From an uncultured delta proteobacterium (GTDB lineage: Bacteria; Desulfobacterota; Binatia; Binatales; Binataceae), in contig CAWCDG010000002.1 in the NCBI GenBank assembly GCA_963794325.1, forward strand, positions 480,001 to 544,000: a stretch of 64,000 bases of DNA. Direction: 5' to 3'. Made by a program: the position numbers and the translations under genes. Under the pieces are notes generated by a model. It was given only the letters and a program-made list of their open reading frames with translations, ran no database searches and was not told the origin of the DNA. Positions 31,224 through 41,942 of this stretch are shown one piece after another (position 1 is the stretch's first letter; each line of letters starts with the position of its first letter).

Positions 31224-34133
31224 GTGCGCCCTGGATTACGAACCGGCGGGATTGTTTCACTGATCGTCGCGGGCGCGCTCGTGGCCGCGGTGCGCGCGGG
31301 AGTTGGCGCGGTTAGCGCGGACCGCGTGATTGGGCAAATCGATTTCATCAAGAACCAGGTGAACTTTGTCGATGCGATCGGAATGAACGCGCCGGCCGGG
31401 GTCGCGATCGATAAGGCCAACGGTCACGTGATTGTGGCGGATTCGCAGAATAATCGCGTGATGGGGTGGGTGAGCGCGGCGGCGTTCGCGGCGGGCGGTG
31501 CGGCGGACCTCGTGATCGGACAGCCGGATTTCAATTCGTCGGGATGCAATCAGAACTCGGCGGCGCCCGATGCGACGACGTTATGCCGGCCGATCGGAGT
31601 GGCGTTCGACTTGGCGCATCGCGTGTACGTCGGCGACGCGCAGAACAATCGGGTGCTGGTGTACGACGATCCGTTTGCGGCGCTCGCCGGCGCCGGCCAT
31701 CAGGCAAGCGACTTTGCGGCGTTCGCGGTATTTGGGCAGGCGGGCAGCTTTATCACCAACATTGCGAATCAAGGTGGGATCGGCGCTAACAGCCTGGACA
31801 GTCCGCAGGGCGTGGCGATCGACGCGAGCGGGAACCTGTTCGTGGCTGACGGGAATAACAATCGCGCGCTGATTTTTTTCTCGCCGATTCCGATGACGAT
31901 GCTCTCGGGGGCGCCGGGGAATTTTGGCGACGCGACGGCGGACGTGGCGATTGGGCAGCCGGACCTCGTCAGCGGAGCATGCAACCAGGGCGAGGGCGCG
32001 ACGCTCGCCAGCTTGTGTATCGGGGGATTTTTCGGAGTGGGGATTGCGGTCGATGGCGGCGACAATCTTTATATTGGAGACACGCTGAACAATCGGGCGC
32101 TCGAATACAACGGGCCGTTCGGTTATGGGCAGACCAATAACGTCACGGCGGATTTGGTTTTCGAGGGCAATAACCTGGCGCAGCCGTCGGGGGTCGCGGC
32201 GGACTCGAATCAGAACTTTTATGTTTCGTCGGAAGCGCACAATCAGGTGTACGAGTACACGCAGCCGGTGCCGCTGAGGCGGACGGACCTGCTCAACCTT
32301 GAAATTGGACCCGGGGCGCAGAATCCGAATGCGGCATCGCTGCAATTCCCGATGGGGCTGGCGATCGACGGGGTCAACAATCTCTACGTCGCCGATCAGG
32401 CGAACAATCGGGTGCTCGAGTTCAACGAATTCGGAGCGCCGGGCAACAAGGTCGCTAACGGCGCGGGCGGGCAGATCGATCGGGCGCACAACGGGCAGAA
32501 CTTCGTCGATGCGGTCGGAGAGAATTCGCCGGGCGGGATTGCGATCGACGCGACGTCACAACCGCCGCGGCGGCATCTGTACGTCGCCGACACCGTGAAC
32601 AATCGCGTGCTCGGATGGCGAGACGTGACGGCGTTCGCGGCACAGCCGGCGGATATTGTGATCGGGCAGCCCGACCTTTTCTCGAACAAGTGCAATAACG
32701 GTAGGGCGGCGGGGGACGTTGTTGGACTCGGCGCGGACAGTCTGTGCGGACCGGCGCGGATGGCGGTCGATCAGCTGGGGAATCTGTACGTCGCGGACTC
32801 GGGCAATAATCGGGTGCTGGTGTACAACACGCCGTTCAACGCGGCAAGTGGAGAGCCGGGCGCGGGCGACGCCTCGGCGGATTTCGTCTACGGGCAAGCG
32901 GACAGTTTCACGACTTGGAGCTGCAATCCGAGCGGCGCGAATGCGACAACCTTGTGCAATCCGTCGGCGGCGGCGATCGACGGTGCCGGCAACATCTATA
33001 TAGCGGACGCGGGGAACAGTCGCGTGCTGGAGTTCGCAAAGGCAGGTAATCCGCCAAGTGCGTCGGATGCGATCGCGAGTCGAGTGTATGGGCAGGGGTC
33101 GGTGGCTGATTTCTCGGACCGGCAATGCGCCGACGGCGTCGGTGGAGATCCGCCAGCGAGCGATCACGCAATGTGCAATCCGGGCGGCGTCGCGATGGAC
33201 GCGTCGGGGAATCTGTTTGTGGCCGATACCGGCAACAACCGGGTGATTGAAATCGACGCGCCGCTCGAAGGCACGCAGAATGCTTCGCGGGTGTTCGGCC
33301 AGGCCCGCGATTTCACGGCGTCGGGATGCAATCGGCATGCGATGGCACCGAGCGGGTCCACGTTATGCGCGCCGGCGGGATTGATGCTCGACGTGCTCGG
33401 CAACCTGTGGGTCGCGGATGCGAGCAACCATCGCGTACTCGAATACGCGGCGCCGTTCAGCTCGGATAATCCGGCAACGATGGTGATCGGGCAAGGCGAT
33501 AGCGGCAACTTCACGACGGCGGGATGCGACGCGGGAATCGCGCCGGGGGACCTGTTCGGGCTGGGCGCGGACAGTTTGTGCGCGCCGTCCGCGGTGGCGG
33601 TCGATGCGAACATCGATCTCTACGTCGCGGACACTCAAAACAATCGATCGATGGTCTATGACGGGATCCTCGCGACGCCCACCGCGAGCGTGACTCCGAC
33701 TGCTACGGCTACCGCGACAGCAACCCCGACTGTGACGGCAACTATGACCGCCACCGCGACCACCACGGCGACCTCGACGCCTACCGCATCGCCGAGCGCG
33801 ACACCAACGCGGACGCCCGAGCCTGGCGGCAAACTCAAGCTGCGTCCGAAGTCGATAAAATTCGGCAGCGTTCCGGTCGGGAGCCATTCGAAGGTGCACA
33901 TCCTGAAAATCAGGAACGCCAGTTCCGCTACGATGGATGCTGCAGTGCCGACGCAGGGTGCGCCGTTCGTCGTGAGCGGCGGGGACTTTATCGTCAGTCC
34001 GCATGGCACGATGGCGGTGGCGATCGAGTTTGCGCCGACGGCGAAGGGATCCATGCACGGCGTGCTCATCATACAGAGCAGCGATCCGAAGCATCGGTCA
34101 GTAAAGGTCAAGGTCAGCGGGAGCGGGAAATAA
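31224..34133 (+). CDS. Secreted NHL-repeat beta-propeller protein with Thr linker and Ig-like C-terminus
   Basis: Many P.GVA.D...LYVAD..NNRVL repeats, VIGQPDF repeats, TATAT linker. Confidence 0.9.
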   Translation: MRPGLRTGGIVSLIVAGALVAAVRAGVGAVSADRVIGQIDFIKNQVNFVDAIGMNAPAGVAIDKANGHVIVADSQNNRVMGWVSAAAFAAGGAADLVIGQPDFNSSGCNQNSAAPDATTLCRPIGVAFDLAHRVYVGDAQNNRVLVYDDPFAALAGAGHQASDFAAFAVFGQAGSFITNIANQGGIGANSLDSPQGVAIDASGNLFVADGNNNRALIFFSPIPMTMLSGAPGNFGDATADVAIGQPDLVSGACNQGEGATLASLCIGGFFGVGIAVDGGDNLYIGDTLNNRALEYNGPFGYGQTNNVTADLVFEGNNLAQPSGVAADSNQNFYVSSEAHNQVYEYTQPVPLRRTDLLNLEIGPGAQNPNAASLQFPMGLAIDGVNNLYVADQANNRVLEFNEFGAPGNKVANGAGGQIDRAHNGQNFVDAVGENSPGGIAIDATSQPPRRHLYVADTVNNRVLGWRDVTAFAAQPADIVIGQPDLFSNKCNNGRAAGDVVGLGADSLCGPARMAVDQLGNLYVADSGNNRVLVYNTPFNAASGEPGAGDASADFVYGQADSFTTWSCNPSGANATTLCNPSAAAIDGAGNIYIADAGNSRVLEFAKAGNPPSASDAIASRVYGQGSVADFSDRQCADGVGGDPPASDHAMCNPGGVAMDASGNLFVADTGNNRVIEIDAPLEGTQNASRVFGQARDFTASGCNRHAMAPSGSTLCAPAGLMLDVLGNLWVADASNHRVLEYAAPFSSDNPATMVIGQGDSGNFTTAGCDAGIAPGDLFGLGADSLCAPSAVAVDANIDLYVADTQNNRSMVYDGILATPTASVTPTATATATATPTVTATMTATATTTATSTPTASPSATPTRTPEPGGKLKLRPKSIKFGSVPVGSHSKVHILKIRNASSATMDAAVPTQGAPFVVSGGDFIVSPHGTMAVAIEFAPTAKGSMHGVLIIQSSDPKHRSVKVKVSGSGK

Positions 34134-34153
34134 TCATTTATCGTCGACCGCGC

Positions 34154-35050
34154 TTACTTCTTGCCGATGTCGATGTCGAAGCCGCCGGCTTCCGGGTGGT
34201 GACCGTACACGTCTTCGGCGAAGTATTCGGACTGATAGGTCGCAGGACGCGCGCCCCAGCCGTATTCGAACATCCAGCCCGACGGGTTGCGGAAATAGAA
34301 TGAGTACATGTGATCGTTCGAATGCTTGCCGGGAGTGATGGTTACGGGAACATTGTTCTTGCGGATGAGATCGTAGGTCATCCCCACGTCGTCGAGATTG
34401 TCCACTTCGAGCATGATGTGATTGAGCCGGCGATCGCCGCCCGGGATTCCGAAGGCGACCGTGTGGTCGCGGTCGTTGCAATGCATGAAGACCAGCCCGA
34501 TGGTCCGCTTGCCGCCACGAAATTTGTACTCGACGCCGCCGCGCATTCCGAGGTGTGCATAGAAGCGCTGGGCCGCATCGACGTCGCGCTCGCGCACGAT
34601 GCAATGGCCGAGACCGCCGGTGCCGGTTTTGAATCGCCCATGCATCGGGCGGCCCGGATGGAACGGCTTGCTGAACTGCATAAAAGGACCGTGAAAGATC
34701 TCGACGGGATTGCCGTCGGGGTCGTTCAGCTTGAGAACTTCGAGCACGCGGCGCTCGTCGGCTTCGTCCTCGGATCCGACGCGGAACTTTATCCCGGCTT
34801 CGGACAGTTGACGCTGCATCTGCGCGAATTCGTCGGCGCCTGCGACGCGGAGTCCCAGGTATGCCAGGTCGTCGCTACCGTCGGCATGCAGGACGAGGCG
34901 GTGATGCAGGTAATCCATCCGCAGGTAGCATCGATCGGACTCGCCTTCGTCGGTCAGCTCGAACCCAACGATGTTAGTCGCGAAATTTTTCCACGCGTCG
35001 AGATCTTTAACCCCGAGTCCCATGTAGCCTAATTCTGTTACCTGGATCAT
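34154..35050 (-). CDS. Type I extradiol ring-cleavage dioxygenase (VOC, BphC/HsaC-like)
   Basis: LGYMGL, GLGH, FMHCNDRDH, NHIMLEV, GKHSND, SFYFRNPSGWMFEYG. Confidence 0.92.
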   Translation of the reverse strand: MIQVTELGYMGLGVKDLDAWKNFATNIVGFELTDEGESDRCYLRMDYLHHRLVLHADGSDDLAYLGLRVAGADEFAQMQRQLSEAGIKFRVGSEDEADERRVLEVLKLNDPDGNPVEIFHGPFMQFSKPFHPGRPMHGRFKTGTGGLGHCIVRERDVDAAQRFYAHLGMRGGVEYKFRGGKRTIGLVFMHCNDRDHTVAFGIPGGDRRLNHIMLEVDNLDDVGMTYDLIRKNNVPVTITPGKHSNDHMYSFYFRNPSGWMFEYGWGARPATYQSEYFAEDVYGHHPEAGGFDIDIGKK

Positions 35051-35067
35051 TTGCATTTCCTCCGAAT

Positions 35068-35934
35068 TCATCGAGCGTCAGTGCGAACCCAATCAGAACC
35101 CAACGCGACGCGGCGCACCGAATCGGTGTCCGTCGGCTGATGACCAACTTTATGCACGGGCGCGGGGGCTTCGACAACCTTGTTCGACAGGCGTCCCAGG
35201 CCGGTGACCTCGACTTCGACGAGGTCGCCGATGTTCATCGGGCGCGAATTCTTCGGAGTGCCGGACAGTATGATGTCGCCGGGCAGCAGGGTGATGAATC
35301 GCGACAGGTCGGCGATTATATAGTCTATTGGAAATAGCATTTCGGAGATGGCGCCTTCCTGGACCATCTTACTATTGATGTAAGTACGCAAAGTTGATTT
35401 GCGAATATCTACTCCACTGACTATTCCCGGACCGATCGGACAGAAGCCGTCCTGGCCCTTCACGCGGAGCATCGAGCCCGCGTCGGTCTCGCGATAGTCC
35501 TGGCATCCGACGTCGTTGGCAGGCGCGAACCCCGCGATATAGTCCCAACTCTCTTCGCGACTGATGTTGCGCGCGGGCTTGCCGATGATCACGCCTACTT
35601 CGCCTTCATAGTTCAGATACTTGTGCCCACTGGGGCGGCATAGCACGCCGCGATGAGAATTGAGCGCGGTGACAGGCTTCTGGAAGTAGGTTGGCGTCTC
35701 GAGCATCGGCGCTTTGAACTCGACGCGGCGCGAGTCGTAGTTCAAATGGATGCATAGAATCTTGGCGGGATCGCATGGCGGCAGGTAAGTCGCCTCTGAA
35801 TCGGCGATCGTGCGGCCGTCGCCGAGGATGAGGCGATCGCGATCGGGGCGGACCCATTTGGGCTGTCCTTCGTGGAGGATTCGGCGCCATTCTTCGCGCG
35901 GGCCATCGAGTACATTCACTGGGTATTCCTCCAA
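35068..35934 (-). CDS. Fumarylacetoacetate hydrolase family (HpaG-like)
   Basis: FQKP, YEGE, AND, KGQDGFCPIGP, PGDIILSGTP. Confidence 0.9.
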   Translation of the reverse strand: MEEYPVNVLDGPREEWRRILHEGQPKWVRPDRDRLILGDGRTIADSEATYLPPCDPAKILCIHLNYDSRRVEFKAPMLETPTYFQKPVTALNSHRGVLCRPSGHKYLNYEGEVGVIIGKPARNISREESWDYIAGFAPANDVGCQDYRETDAGSMLRVKGQDGFCPIGPGIVSGVDIRKSTLRTYINSKMVQEGAISEMLFPIDYIIADLSRFITLLPGDIILSGTPKNSRPMNIGDLVEVEVTGLGRLSNKVVEAPAPVHKVGHQPTDTDSVRRVALGSDWVRTDAR

Positions 35935-35966
35935 TAGTCAGTTGAGTACGAGAACCTAACCCCTAA

Positions 35967-35988
35967 CCCCTTCCCGAGCGGGAAGGGG
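35967..35988. repeat. Intergenic GC-rich hairpin (REP-like or mRNA stabiliser)
   Basis: CCCCTTCCC-GAGC-GGGAAGGGG. Confidence 0.55.
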
Positions 35989-36009
35989 GACCGGATCAAG
36001 AAAAAGATT

Positions 36010-37464
36010 TCATGCGAATGAGCCTTTCAGGGCGGCGATGTTTTTTACGTCGCAATAGAAGTCGAAGCTCCAGTTGCCGCCTTCGCGGCCGATGCCGGAG
36101 TCGCGACTGCCGCCGAATGGGGCTGCGAGCTCGCGTACGAAGTAGCAATTGACCCACACCGTACCGGCGGTGATGCGACTTGCGATGCGCATCGCGCGTT
36201 CCTGATTCTTGCTGAAGACCACCGCGGCGAGTCCGTAGTGAGTGCCGTTGGCCAGCGCGATCAGCTCGTCTTCGTCGCGAAATGTCTGCCACGTGAGCAC
36301 CGGGCCGAATACTTCGCGTTGCACGATCTCCATGTCCTGCCGCGCTCCTTCGAGCAGCGTGGGCTCGAAGTATAGTTCGCCGACGCTGGAACGCTTGCCG
36401 CCCCAGAGCGGTTTGACGCCGGACTTCAGCGCGCGATCGACGAATCCCTCGACGCGCCGAAAATGTTCCTCCGTGATTAGCGGGCCGACACGCGTGCTCT
36501 TCTCGCGCGGATCGCCGACCGTCATGTGCGTTGCAGCCGCGCGTAACTTGGTCTGGAATTCGTCGGCAATCGACGCGTCAACCAACAGGCGAGTGCCCGC
36601 GAGGCACACCTGGCCCGCATTAATGTACTGGCCGGCGGCGGTCTGCGCGGCGGCGTCGAGGTCGGCGTCGGCGCACACTATGTACGGAGATTTGCCGCCG
36701 AGCTCGAAACTGATCGGGGTGAGCGAGCGCGCGGTGGACTGGCCGATCAATTTCGCGGTGTCGGTCGAGCCGGTAAAACTCAGGCGGTCGATGTCGGGAT
36801 GAGCCGCGAGCGCGGCGCCGGCTTCTTCGCCGATACCTTGGACGACATTCAGCACGCCGGCCGGGAGGCCGGCCTCGGTGGCGAGATCGGCCATCATCGA
36901 GCAGGTGAGCGGCGCCCATTCGGGCGGCTTGACGACGACGGTGTCGCCGGCCGCCAGAGCCGGTCCGACCTTCCACGTAGTGAGCATGAAGGGGGCGTTC
37001 CACGGCGTGATCAGCGCGGCCACCCCGGCAGGATCGAAGCGCACGTGGTTCACAACCTCGGGCGAATCGATTTGATCGTGATCCAATTTCAGCGCGCGGT
37101 CGGCGAAGAACTCGATGTTGAGCGCGGCGCGCGGAATCACGCGCGCGAGATTGCCCATCAGCAGCGATCCGTTATCGGCAGTCTCGACGGCGGAGAGTTC
37201 CTTCGCGTGATCGAGGATGTTCTGTGCGAACTCTTTCAGAATGCGATGACGTCCCTCGGGTCCGAGCGCCGCCCATTTCGGAAACGCGCGGCGAGCGGCT
37301 GCGACGGCCGAATCGATTTCCGCGGCACCGCCGCTGCTCACATCGGCGAGGTGTTTGCCGTCGATCGGCGAGCAATCTTGAAATGTGCGCTTCGACCCGA
37401 CACGCTTGCCGTCGATAAAGTGATCGGTAGATACGTCAACGCCGGCGACTTTCGCGGTGCTCAT
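36010..37464 (-). CDS. Hydroxymuconate-semialdehyde dehydrogenase-type ALDH (HpaE-like)
   Basis: ITPWNAP, FTGS, ELGGKSP, GQVCLAGTR, EVFGPV, SGIGREGG. Confidence 0.88.
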   Translation of the reverse strand: MSTAKVAGVDVSTDHFIDGKRVGSKRTFQDCSPIDGKHLADVSSGGAAEIDSAVAAARRAFPKWAALGPEGRHRILKEFAQNILDHAKELSAVETADNGSLLMGNLARVIPRAALNIEFFADRALKLDHDQIDSPEVVNHVRFDPAGVAALITPWNAPFMLTTWKVGPALAAGDTVVVKPPEWAPLTCSMMADLATEAGLPAGVLNVVQGIGEEAGAALAAHPDIDRLSFTGSTDTAKLIGQSTARSLTPISFELGGKSPYIVCADADLDAAAQTAAGQYINAGQVCLAGTRLLVDASIADEFQTKLRAAATHMTVGDPREKSTRVGPLITEEHFRRVEGFVDRALKSGVKPLWGGKRSSVGELYFEPTLLEGARQDMEIVQREVFGPVLTWQTFRDEDELIALANGTHYGLAAVVFSKNQERAMRIASRITAGTVWVNCYFVRELAAPFGGSRDSGIGREGGNWSFDFYCDVKNIAALKGSFA

Positions 37465-38967
37465 CTGCGAATCTCCCTGGGTAGATTGATTTTCCGTTTC
37501 TCCAGAATTGCCTGCTCATCAACCGTCCGCGCCGGCTCATCAAGGATGCCGTCCACCAACCGCCGGGCGCGTTCCTTGGGCGCGAGCAGGTGTGCCAACT
37601 GATAATTTCGCGCACCCGATGCCAAATAGAAGCGCTCGTACAATTCGTTGCGGCCGGCCAGCGCGCTGCCGACGAAGTCCCAGGCCAGCCGGAAGATTCG
37701 CGCACGCTCCTGCGCTTTCATTTCGCCCGCGCCGCGCAGATAGCGGTCGATGAGCGGGCGGAGTGTTGGATCGTTAAGCTGCGCCTCGGTCGGTGCGGCG
37801 AGCAGGTTGTGCGAGCCGAGCAGCGTGATGATTTCGCCGACCCGCGGAAACCAGGTCGGCAGCGCGGCGCGCAACGCGGCCAGCGGACCGCCGTTGGGAA
37901 ACCATACGCCGTTGCCGTACTCGAAGGCCTCGACCTCCGCACTTTGAATAGCGGCGCGCGCGAACTCCGCGTACGTCCAGATCTCGCCGAGCATCTGTTT
38001 TGTGGCCGGCGAAGAGTCGTTGATCGCTTCCGCCATCCGGCTCGCCAGCCCGTAGGCGAATTCGAGCTTGGTCTGCGCGCGAATCATCGTCTGCTGCATG
38101 ATGTTCGGATACCAGCCTGTCGCCATCACGGTGTTGTAGGCGGCGAGGTTGGCGTTGATGAAGACGCGATCGCGCGGGACTTCGACGTCGTCGAAAATCA
38201 CGAAGGCGTCCTGCTCGTCGAAGCGGCTCGACAGCGGATGGTCGAAGCGATTGGGCGCAGTCGCGCAACTGTCGCGGCAGAGGAATTTCAGGCCCGGCGT
38301 GTCCATCGGCACACAGAACGAAAGCGCGTACGCGTCGGTACCCTCGAGCAGCGGCACGGCAGGATAGACCGCGATTTCGTCGGCAAACGGCGCCAGCGTC
38401 GCGAGGATTCTCGAGCCCCGCACGACGATTCCGTGCGCGGTGTCGGCGACCTTGTGCAGCGCGACCTCGTTGCCGGGCTCGGGCACATCACCCTTGGCCT
38501 TGTCGATAGTGGGGTGGATGATCGTATGGGTCAGCGCGATGTCGTTGCGCGCGAGGGACTTCTGGTATGCGACGAGGTTCGCCGCGCCGCGATCGTTGCC
38601 GTTCACGGGCCCATTCGTCAGCGCGTCCTGCGAAGCCCGCGAACGTGACGTTCATATAGTCGGGCGTGCGGCCCATCAAACCGACGGTGAATTCGGCGAT
38701 GGTCTGCAGGCACGCGTGACGGCGCTTGAGGTCGTCGAGCGAGCGCGGAATCATGTGGCTCAGGTTGATCGGCTCGCCGGTCTCGGGATCCGGCATCAGG
38801 CAGACGTCGCGCGCCTGATGCTGAAGATCGAAAATCTGCGCTAGCGTATTCGCGGCTCCTGCGAAAGCAGGATGCGACACGATGTCCGACACCTTGTCGT
38901 CGCCGACCCAGAGTTGCCGCGGCTTGGACAGTCCCGCGAGAAATTCGCGACCGGTGCGTGCTCCCAT
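37461..38967 (-). CDS. 4-hydroxyphenylacetate 3-hydroxylase family oxygenase; frameshift ~38608
   Basis: MGARTGREFL, GLMGRTPDYMN, HPLSSRFDEQDA, RLAWD, LYERFY. Confidence 0.88.
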
Positions 38968-39669
38968 TTAGCGACCTCTCCGTCCGTTCCGGCTGGTCGC
39001 GACGGTAGAGGCGGCGCGCCGGACTGGATTGGATTTTCTGGTTGCAAGAATTTTCGACGACTCGCTTCGGAGACCGTCGAGCTGCAGTTTGAGTGCGACG
39101 CGCAGGCCTTCGTCGCGCTGCCGGCTGGTTATCGGATCGCCGCCCAGCCATCGTTGCAACTGAGCGAAGTAGAGGGCGAACAGGCTATGTGTGAGGTGCG
39201 CCGCCGGGACGTCGGCGCGAAGCTCGCCGCGCGACTTCGCTTGCTCGATCAGGTTGGCAATTCCGGCAAACATCGAAGCCATCATTTCCGCAATGCCGTG
39301 ACGACGATCTTCGACGAAAGGCAGCTCTCTCACGAATACACGCGCCAAGCCGCGATCCCGCTCGTGCAGCGCGATCATCGCTCCGAAGAGATGCAGCATC
39401 TGATCGAGCAGCGGCCGCGCCGGCATCGTGGCGAGGGCATCGGCGACCACGCGACCGATTTCCTCGCGGAAAAGGAGCACGAGCAGGTCCTCTTTGGTGC
39501 CTGCATAGAGGAACAGGGTGCCTGCGCCGATATCCGCGGCCGCGGCGATTTCGCGAGTGGTGGTGGCCTCGAAGCCCTTGCGGCCGAATAGTTTTCGCGC
39601 GGCGCGTTTAATCCGCTCGAGCTTATCGCGCTTGCTGCGTTCGATGCGGCCTGGACTGTCGTTCAGCAT
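38968..39669 (-). CDS. TetR family regulator
   Basis: GFEATTTREIAAAADIGAGTLFLYAGTKEDL. Confidence 0.92.
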   Translation of the reverse strand: MLNDSPGRIERSKRDKLERIKRAARKLFGRKGFEATTTREIAAAADIGAGTLFLYAGTKEDLLVLLFREEIGRVVADALATMPARPLLDQMLHLFGAMIALHERDRGLARVFVRELPFVEDRRHGIAEMMASMFAGIANLIEQAKSRGELRADVPAAHLTHSLFALYFAQLQRWLGGDPITSRQRDEGLRVALKLQLDGLRSESSKILATRKSNPVRRAASTVATSRNGRRGR

Positions 39670-39680
39670 TTGTGCTTTTG

Positions 39681-39712
39681 AAACTGAGCGCGCTCAGTTT
39701 TGAGCGTGCTCA
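39681..39712. promoter_or_regulatory. Candidate TetR operator (perfect 20-bp palindrome plus second site)
   Basis: AAACTGAGCGCGCTCAGTTT followed by TGAGCGTGCTCA, immediately upstream of tetR. Confidence 0.8.
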
Positions 39713-39823
39713 TTATTTAGTAAAAACCCGGTCACTTGTCAAACGCCTGGATGAATTTCGGACTCGCAGATTTGCGAAGCTGCTACGTGCTGATTAGTCT
39801 GCGATCTCGATCGGAGGACAATC

Positions 39824-40579
39824 ATGGCTGGATTAGTACTTCGCGAAGACCGGGACGGTCTCGCAACGCTGACGCTGAATCGTCCCGAAAAACTCAACTC
39901 GCTTAACGTCGAGATGTTCGTCGAATTGCGCGCGCACGTCGATCAGATCGCAGGCGAAACCGATCGCGTCGGCCTGGTAGTCGTGCGCGGCGCGGGTAAG
40001 TGCTTCTCTGCAGGGCACGACCTTGGCGACATCGCGAAGGGCGAGCGTCCGCCCAAGCCGAACTTCCAGTCCGAGACGATCGAGCATCTGGCGAATCTGC
40101 CGCAACCGGTTATCTCCGCGGTGCATGGACATTGCTACACCGGCGCGCTCGAGCTGGCGCTGGCGGGGGATCTGATCGTCGCCGCGGAGTCCGCGAAGTT
40201 CGCCGACACGCATGCGCGATGGGCGCTGACTCCCATCTGGGGGATGAGCCAGCGGCTGCCGCGACGGGTCGGTCCGTCGAAGGCGCGCGAGATGATGCTC
40301 ACCTGCCGCACCTACTCAGGCGTCGAAGCGGCTGCGATGGGCCTCGCGAACATCTGCGTGCCTGACGATTCGTTCGACCAGGAACTGCGCGCGCTGGCTG
40401 ACACGATCCTCGCCAATTCCTGGTTCAGTCATCGCGCCAACAAACGCCTGTTGATCGAGACCGACGGCCTGTCGATCGGCGCGGGCCTCGCGCACGAGGT
40501 CTATCGAAACCCCGGCGTCGGTCCCGACATGCGCGAGCGTATCAGTGCGTTTAACAGCAAGTCGGCGCGCCGTGCCTGA
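39824..40579 (+). CDS. Enoyl-CoA hydratase/isomerase family
   Basis: LNRPEKLN, FSAGHDL, GALELAL. Confidence 0.9.
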   Translation: MAGLVLREDRDGLATLTLNRPEKLNSLNVEMFVELRAHVDQIAGETDRVGLVVVRGAGKCFSAGHDLGDIAKGERPPKPNFQSETIEHLANLPQPVISAVHGHCYTGALELALAGDLIVAAESAKFADTHARWALTPIWGMSQRLPRRVGPSKAREMMLTCRTYSGVEAAAMGLANICVPDDSFDQELRALADTILANSWFSHRANKRLLIETDGLSIGAGLAHEVYRNPGVGPDMRERISAFNSKSARRA

Positions 40580-41870
40580 GAGCGACGGCGCGCCTGCGGT
40601 GGAGACTGGTCAGCCCGACCAGCTTCAACCGCCCGATGATGATTCGAGTGCGAGCCGCGGCGCATTTCGCGCCTTGCGCCATCGTAACTATCGCCTTTAT
40701 TTCTTCGGCCAGCTCATTTCGCTCGCCGGCACCTGGATGCAAAGTGCGGCGCAGGCGTGGCTGGTGTTGAAGCTGACCAACTCGGCGACGATGCTCGGCG
40801 TGGTATCGTTCGCGCAGTTCACGCCAATCCTGCTGGTCGGTTTGTTCGCCGGCGTGCTGGTCGATCGGGTCGATCGCCGCCGCCTGATAATCACGACGCA
40901 AATCCTGTTGATGCTGAGCGCCTTCACGCTGGCGGTGCTGACCTGGACCGGTGCGGTCCGCGTCGAGTACGTGATCCTGCTCGCCGCTTTCAACGGCACT
41001 GTCGGATCGTTTGACATGCCCGGGCGCCAATCGTTCGTGGTCGAGATGGTAGGTTACGACGATCTCGCCAATGCGATCGCGCTCAACTCGATGATGTTCA
41101 ACAGCGCGCGGATGCTCGGTCCCGCAGCCGCCGGATTGCTGATCGCATGGCTCGGCATCGGCACCTGTTTTTTCCTGAACGGGGTTAGCTTTCTCGCCGT
41201 CATTTGGAGCCTGACCCAGATGGATATCCCCGCGCGGGTGATCTCCGGGGTCGGCGCGCGCATGATTCATCAACTGCGCGAGGGCCTTGCGTACGTATGG
41301 AGCAATCGGCCGCTGTTCTACCAGATGGCGTTGGCCGCGGTGACCAACGGCTTCGGCTACCAGTACCTGGTGCTGGTTCCGCTGTTCGCAAAACAGGTGC
41401 TGCATGGCGATGCGCGCACCTACGGATTCCTGGTCGCGATACAGGGACTCGGCTCAGTGGTAGGCGCGGTCACGCTCGCGTCGCGCGTGTCGACGCGGGG
41501 GATGAGGAACAATCTGCTGGCCGGGCTTTTTCTCTCCGCGATTGGAATCGTCGTTTTCGGGATGTCGCGATCGTTCGCACTCTCTCTCGCCGCGCAATTC
41601 GTAATCGGCGCGGGACTGACCAACTTCAGGGCGAGCAACAATACGCTGGTGCAGATGTTCGTCAACGACGACTTGCGCGGCCGCGTGATGAGCACCTATC
41701 AGCTTGCCGCGGTCGGGATGACCCCGATCGGCGCGCTCGAAGTCGGCTACATGGGCTCGCATGTGGGTCCGATGGAGACGGTCGTCATATGCGGAGCGAT
41801 CATTCTGATCTCGGGGATCGTGCTGCTGACCAGCCTTAAGTCGGTCGGTATGGACGAGGAACCGTCCTAG
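40572..41870 (+). CDS. MFS transporter (MFS_3/DHA3-like)
   Basis: GQLISLAGTWMQ, DRVDRRR, NAIALNS. Confidence 0.88.
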   Translation: MPESDGAPAVETGQPDQLQPPDDDSSASRGAFRALRHRNYRLYFFGQLISLAGTWMQSAAQAWLVLKLTNSATMLGVVSFAQFTPILLVGLFAGVLVDRVDRRRLIITTQILLMLSAFTLAVLTWTGAVRVEYVILLAAFNGTVGSFDMPGRQSFVVEMVGYDDLANAIALNSMMFNSARMLGPAAAGLLIAWLGIGTCFFLNGVSFLAVIWSLTQMDIPARVISGVGARMIHQLREGLAYVWSNRPLFYQMALAAVTNGFGYQYLVLVPLFAKQVLHGDARTYGFLVAIQGLGSVVGAVTLASRVSTRGMRNNLLAGLFLSAIGIVVFGMSRSFALSLAAQFVIGAGLTNFRASNNTLVQMFVNDDLRGRVMSTYQLAAVGMTPIGALEVGYMGSHVGPMETVVICGAIILISGIVLLTSLKSVGMDEEPS

Positions 41871-41942
41871 TTTCGAGCTTGCCAGACAGCCACTTGGTGT
41901 GTTCAATGCTCGCAAACTGTTTGAACTCAAGGAGCCCCGTTG

